64,000 nt of DNA from the human T2T-CHM13v2.0 reference genome, Homo sapiens, in assembly GCF_009914755.1 (NCBI RefSeq), contig NC_060944.1; one strand, given 5' to 3'. The notes under the pieces were generated by a model that saw only the letters and a program-made list of their open reading frames with translations, was not told the origin of the DNA and did not search any database. Below are positions 55,990 through 64,000 of the stretch, piece after piece; the stretch's first letter is position 1, and every line of letters begins with the position of its first letter. Position numbers and translations under genes: made by a program.

Positions 55990-57177
55990 CTGCAATAGAG
56001 AATAAACGGAGGCAAAAATCAATGCAGGAAACACAAAACAACACGCACAGGCCACACTGTACATTACGAAGGCGAGTCTGAAACCACCAGAGTACTTCAT
56101 TAGAATGCATATCAAAAAAAAAAAAAAAAAGAAAGACACCGTAACAAAATCCCACACATGCTTTTTAGTTGGTATTGCTTTCAAATTTGAGTATCTCAAA
56201 ATAATTATATATTTACAAGAGTGTCATTAACTTAGCCCAATAACGAATCCACTGAAAATTAAAACAGTCATAAAGCTCAGCTTCACAGCTAATTGCTTTG
56301 ATCACTTTATAATTAAACCAGTCCAGAAAACTCCGTAACACAAGTCTATTTCCCCAGGTTCTCACCAAATTTGTGATGAAAAGGCACAAGTTCGCACAAT
56401 AACAATTCTTGGACAACTTAAGATAGCAATTCAAGGGTACTCATGGAAATTACTGCAATTATTCTTTCAATATATTTTATTTTGCACAAAATAGCATCCA
56501 ACATCACAAAACAAATGAAGTATGAGTTCTTGCTATAAGGACTAATTCCACTGGAGCTCAAAATATTAACAAAATATTAAGGGAAAGTGTTTTTTCCTCT
56601 GACATCACAACAGTTCTCAAAAACTTGTAAAATTTAAATAAATAAAATAAAATAAAATTTAAAAACACCCTAAAAATGCCTGACATATTAAGAGTATATC
56701 CCAAAATAAAAACAGGTCACTCATCTTTCACTGTCATTTCTTCCAAACTGGTGAGGTTATTAACAAGTCACAAGCATATATGACCAAATGTCTAGACAAC
56801 TATATTCAAAGGTCATTTTTTGCTTTTTATTTTTTTTCAAAGGTCATGTTTTAATTCGGAGAGAGAAGAAATTTGCCACTGTTCAGTATTAAGATTACCT
56901 ACGACTACTTTTCCAAATGATGCTCATCTTAAATTAGTATCTTCCAAGACCAAAATACAACTAATGACCTTAATATTCATCGCCAAAAAGTAAAACATAT
57001 TTCAAAAATCTGTGTGATTTTCTAAAGGACAAACTATTCATCGTCTAGTCAACTACTCAAGTTGCTAAAGAATAGTGAGATGGTTTTACCACAAAAAGCT
57101 ATGCAAATATGTAATCAACACAATCAAAAGTCTAGAGCATTGTATTAATCTTTTACATGTTGTAGAAATCTAGCCTC

Positions 57178-57493
57178 TTTTTTTTTTCTTTTTTTGAGAC
57201 AGGGTATCGCTCTGTCGCCCAGGCTAGAGTGCAGTGGCGCGATCTAGGCTCATTAGGCTCATTGCAACCTCCGCCTCCCTGGGTTCAAGCTATTCTCATG
57301 CCTCAGCCTCTGGAGTAGCTGGGACTGACTACAGGCTTGCGCCACCACCCGCAGCTTATTTTTGTATTTTTAGTAGAGACAGGGGTTTCATTATGTTACC
57401 CAGGCTGGTCTCTTAACTCCTCACCTCAAGTGATCCACCCGCCTCAGCCTCCCAAAGTGCTGAGATTACAGGTGTGAGCCACCACGCCTGGCC
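57178..57493 (-). mobile_element. Alu (AluJ-like)
   Basis: Antisense Alu consensus. Confidence 0.85.
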
Positions 57494-60400
57494 TAGCCTA
57501 ACTAAGTCTAAGGAGTTTAAAAATTCTTCATTTGAAAGCCATATCTAGTAGTTTAACAGGTCACAAAGGAAAATGTGAAACAGAAAAAAACCTGCTTCAA
57601 GTAAAGCAATGAGCAAGAGCATGAAGTACTGTAATATTTATGTACAGGTTTGACTCCAGCAGCCACATAACAGGGTAACTTTCTAGTTTCTAGAACTTGT
57701 AATAAACATCTGATCCCTACTGGAGATTCCAATTCAAAAGGTCAGGTATGGGGCCAGGGCATATGCCTGAATATAAGGTAAGAAGGTTCCTCTCAGCCTC
57801 TTCCCTTGCAAACTCAAAAGATACCGTATGTCTATCTTGAGAAGGACATATCTGGGGTCAGCCAGTTAAGCTCAAAGGGAACTCACCAGGTCTACTCTCA
57901 AAAATTTCTAAAAGGTTACCAGAAATTACCTTTAAAAGGAAGATATTTCTCATTCCACAAGGCAAGGCTGAAAGGCCCAGCTGAATTTGACAAATGCCTA
58001 GTTCAAGTTTTATGTGTACAACTTAAAGCACAAAATCAATCCAGATAGAAATTTATGATTCTCTTCTATTTCAGCAAAGAGGAATACCCACCCCACCCCA
58101 TACCAAGGAAAACCATGCAGAAAGTTGATGCTACAAGTCAGAACTTCACAACCCTTGGTATTATACCTCTTCAAAAGGGAAAGGTAAATGGAAATAGAAC
58201 TGAAATACTTCTGTGTTGACACCTCACTTTGTAAAAACCACAAGAATTTAACATAAGTGTCACTGTTTTCCAGGAAACTACTATTCCTGTATTCTAAATG
58301 TCAGCTAGCGACTGAATGCAGGATTTCAAAAATCCACGCCATTTACCTAAAGCTTTGCTGAACTTTAGAAGGATAAGACTAAAATAATAACTAAACAATA
58401 AAACATCTAAAATACATATTCTATCTATACATACAGCATAATGATAGGAAAGGAGAAAATGGGCCTGATTTGTCATTAAAGCCACTGATATACTTCAGAA
58501 GATCTAAAACAAGAAGCTGGCTTTAGTATGTTTTCCATTCATATTATCAGGAATTAGTCCTAACATAAAGGCTTGCTTCAACTTGACAAAATACCGGATG
58601 CATGCACAAATCACAAGTATCTGCTACAAAAATTTAACATATTATGGCAAGACAGACTTTCGTATTTACTAGCCATTCTAATCACTTGGAATTTCAGAAA
58701 AAAATGTCTGACAACAAATCTCTTCATCAAGAAGTCAAGGCACAAACTAAAACGACTATTTTCACTCTTCATCTGGTAGTAAACATCCAAAAGTGAACTT
58801 TAACTTTGTTCAGTTATCACTCTTTAATCAACAAGAACCAGGGTACAGCAGAGCTAGGTTCTTCAGATCCAAAAGAAACAAACTCTCAAATGTTCACCTC
58901 AGAGATTAGCAACAGAGAACCAATCACAACGGGCACAATGCTAAAAACAGTATAATCACATTATAATAAACATTATGAAACAACCACAGTTTCAGCCACT
59001 TGATTTTGTTCCCCATTCCCAAATGGACCATATATCAAAGTCTGGGATCACTCTTAATGAAAAAATTATTCTGACACTGATGGAGATGTGTACTTTTTAT
59101 AACGCATTACTCAATTTTTCCATTAACCTCCATTCCGTACTCAAAGGCAGCAAATCAGAAGACATTTCTAAATAAGATATTCCTCCTGTCAAAAATATTA
59201 AGTTATGTTTCAATCCCCCCAAATGCCAACAAAAATGTTGCTACCTTCATTTTCACTTCAGAGCAAAATTATACTTCTAACCTAAACAACCACATTCACT
59301 CTGTTTTTGAGTCTTAAAAGCTGGCTTTAAACTTAATTAAATTTTGTGCAAACCAAAAGGTATATGGGTGTGGTAGTAAAATCTGATAAAACTGTAGTTT
59401 AGATAAAATTATCTTTTCTGTTTAGTTGAAAACATTTAACAATATTCCTTTACTCCATGAACATTTACTATTAAGCACTTGTGGGCCAGACAAAAGATAT
59501 AAAAGTGGACATCATCAGTCTCTGCATTTTAGGGAGGGACATCTAAAAGCATCTTTTGTGCAACCAACTACTGACACTTGGTTCTTCCTACAACATCTAC
59601 AGAAGAAAACATACATTCATACAATGACAGAATGGCTCTCTGCAAAATGGAGTAAAAACTATCAACACTGTCACTGGATTCCAGCACCTGGAACACACTG
59701 GCCCACAACATCAAGTTTCACACCTAAAGACTGTACTAACAACTCCCAAACTCTCAATACTCAATCATCAAAACATTTGACGTGTCAAAGAAGGTGAAAG
59801 AAGCCCAAAGAGTACTGGTATTAGCATGTAACAATACGTTGCAAGTAACCACACAATTATTTCTAAAGCTTCACATTTTTCATCTAACAGATTTGAACAT
59901 AAAGAAAATGAAAATTATACATTACAATCCATAAGCAAAGTAATCACATTTAATCGAGCATATATAAAAATGTATTCCCTGTTTCATTAAAAATCTGTCC
60001 AATAATATATACTAAGCACATCTTCATTGTTTTGTATAAACACGCCAAACATTTCACTTTCTTCATAAATTACCATAACGTTATTTGAACCACCTGTAAC
60101 AGTTCTTCCCAACTTTTTATACTCTTTGAAAATGTCTGCACACTTTCCACTAAATCCAGAAATCCTCCATTCTTATCAAAACTGCCAAATTTCAAAAACA
60201 AGTACAACCAGTCTTGTATTGTAGTTCTATAATTTAAAAAACAAGATTTCCCTATGTGTCCAGACTTGAGGGATTTTTCTCGACTGCAAATGCTCTGAGA
60301 TGCATTAACAATATACACTAGTTAACAAGGTCCCAGACAATTCTTGTTGCTAAGACTGCATTTTGCAAAAATTACACCATTTCAAACCATTCAAGCAAGA

Positions 60401-61399
60401 AGCTCTAAAATACTGCAGTCACAAGCCTAGCCTCTCCCTTCAACAAACCTTCAGTTGCCATCACACTTTTTTCCAGTGGGTTATACTGACTCTATTATTG
60501 AATAATATAAAACGGTCCCTACCAACTTCTTCAATTTATATTAGGTTATCTCTGAGAATCCTGGAGCCAAGGAGGGTTTTAGGGCCCAGAAATCTCTTAA
60601 AGTCTGCAATTCTCAGCATGACACCACGCAGATGAGTAAATGTTTAGCACTTAATACTGAGTAACCCTCACAAGAGCCCCTCAGATTTGTCACTATAAAG
60701 CACACGTTGGAGGCACACAAAAAGCCCGTACGTTTACAACCTAGCAGCTAAGCCTGCTGCACTGGCGTCCAACCCCGTCACTAACCTGTAGATCCTCAAA
60801 GTCCCTCCCACCACCCAATTCACGTGGCTGCAAACTAATGCAGCCAAGCTTCAGAGAAACTCAATTAACTCTCCATCAAAAGCACCCACCCTCCGCAGCC
60901 CACTGGATCTCGTCCTCCTGAAATGCCACAGGATCCTCTCCCGAGGGAGCCGTAAATGTGCTGCTCACAGCAGCCCCTTCCCTACTGGGGGACCAAAGGC
61001 CTGGCATCTTACTACAATTCTCAGAGCCTCAGGAGGCGTACTCACCCCACCCCCTCACCTCCTAGCTTCAGACGCCGGCTTCTCAAAACTGCTACACCCT
61101 CGAGTAAAGCCCCTCCCCAGCAATGGACCTCGGAGGCATTTCACTGCAAACCCCTCCACCTTCAGGCCACGAAGGCGGCCGGTTGTGACACTTCCTTTCT
61201 GAACTCACAGGAGTGTACCGACTACAGCTTCCTCCCCACAGGTGTGACCTGGGTCCCCTTTTGCTGGTAGGCCACAAAGGCCTCCTTTCCATTTCGGGTT
61301 GAAGGAGTGTCCTCACTACGATTATCTCCCCACCTCCAGGCACAGAGATGTAGTTATAACCTCTGCTTCACTGGGGGAGACAAGAAATCCTCCGTACTC

Positions 61400-62100
61400 G
61401 GGATGTAGGCGTGTTTTTACTGCAGTCCCCGTTAGCTCGCAGGCCGCTGAGCCAGCCAGCTCTGGCCTGCCCCCTCTCAGACCACGGGGGAGTCCTCGCT
61501 ATGGCCTCGTCCCCACTTCGGTACGCAGGCTCATCCTCTTGCGTCCTCCTTGCATCCTCTCAGATCTCAGAGGCCTAAGTGGCATCCCACTCCCCCTGCA
61601 GCCCTGCCTCGACCCTTTGTGTGGGGCGCTAGTTGCCGCGGGCTCGAAGGCCTCCGAAGGCCCCGCCCCGGGCCACCAAGGGGCACCACGAGCCCCGCAC
61701 AGCCCCACCCGTTCAGGGGCTGCGGGAGTCTTACCGGGGAAAGCTGCGCGGCACCAGAACCCAGACCCCGAATTACCCCCCGCGCGAGTGCCTCCGCCCC
61801 GCGGCCGACAGCCCCAGCCCGAACGGCTTCCCGGAGCCCAACGCAGCCACCACCTCCTTCGCCGCTTCACAAAATGGCCGTCGGCCCGCTCAGCGGCTCC
61901 GCGTTCCAGAAGGGGGAGGAACGGCGTGGTTGACGTCAAGGGGCCGCGCAAGCGCGCTGACGGTCTCGGGCGATCTCCCGGAAGTTACTGGGTTTTGTGC
62001 TAAGAGGGGGATATTCAGTCCCTGCTTGCGACTGTTGGCGCACAGGACCGACCTTGGGCTAGTGGCCCTGGCGGGTGGGCTGGGTATGAGTGTCTAGCTT
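61400..62100 (-). promoter_or_regulatory. CpG-island housekeeping promoter of CPNE1/RBM12
   Basis: YY1 motif AAAATGGC 61871-61878; CRE TGACGTCA 61931-61938; ETS CCGGAAGT 61978-61985; high CpG density. Confidence 0.8.
61735..61900 (-). other. CPNE1: First non-coding exon shared by CPNE1 and RBM12 (TSS approximate)
   Basis: Donor CCG|gtaaga at 61735/61734; alternative donor GGG|gtaatt at 61777/61776; lies within a CpG island. Confidence 0.75.
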
Positions 62101-62287
62101 GGCCCTTCACTGCAAGACTGTGCAAATTGCTTCACGTCTTCCAGTTTCCGCGGAAGGAGCGAATTGTGCTTACCTCTAAGTTTTTTGAGGATTAAATGGA
62201 CCACAACGTGGTGGCTAGTTATTATATCCTGACAAAACAGCCAAAACCTGATTCTTTTTTCCCATTTAAGAGTTTATACAGGCCGGG

Positions 62288-64000
<1,713 letters not shown>

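Noticed and set aside
61299-62097. Overlapping 127-234-aa ORFs at the CPNE1/RBM12 promoter
   Set aside because: Stop-poor CpG-island sequence with Arg/Pro/Gly/Ala-biased translations and no recognisable domain.

Overview
Human (primate) genomic DNA, Alu-dense, recognisable as the chr20q11.22 FER1L4-SPAG4-CPNE1/RBM12 locus. From left to right it holds: (1) the 5' end of the ferlin pseudogene FER1L4 on the minus strand. I reconstructed 9 exons by hand; they splice into an intact otoferlin-like C2A/linker/C2B frame except for one extra base in codon 5-6. (2) The complete 12-exon SPAG4/SUN4 gene on the plus strand (437 aa), with a CRE-rich CpG-island promoter. (3) The complete 15-coding-exon CPNE1 gene on the minus strand (537 aa). 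(4) The single-exon RBM12 CDS (932 aa), nested in the large 5' intron of CPNE1 and sharing its promoter and non-coding exons. Also present are a tailless 7SK retrocopy, a U6 retrocopy interrupted by an Alu, a MER1-type DNA transposon, old L1/L2/MIR fragments and more than 50 Alus. Almost all short ORFs in the track are Alu-derived or antisense shadows. I see no wholly new gene system. The most unusual details are: the single frameshift in FER1L4; a degenerate 57-bp copy of a CPNE1 exon sitting in the adjacent intron; a candidate 36-nt cassette exon in the RBM12 3'UTR that would create a TGATG stop/start uORF on CPNE1; a duplicated CRE-containing segment in the SPAG4 promoter; and the SPAG4 poly(A) signal overlapping its stop codon. 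Gene identities come from recognising the protein sequences, not from database searches. Repeat boundaries are approximate.
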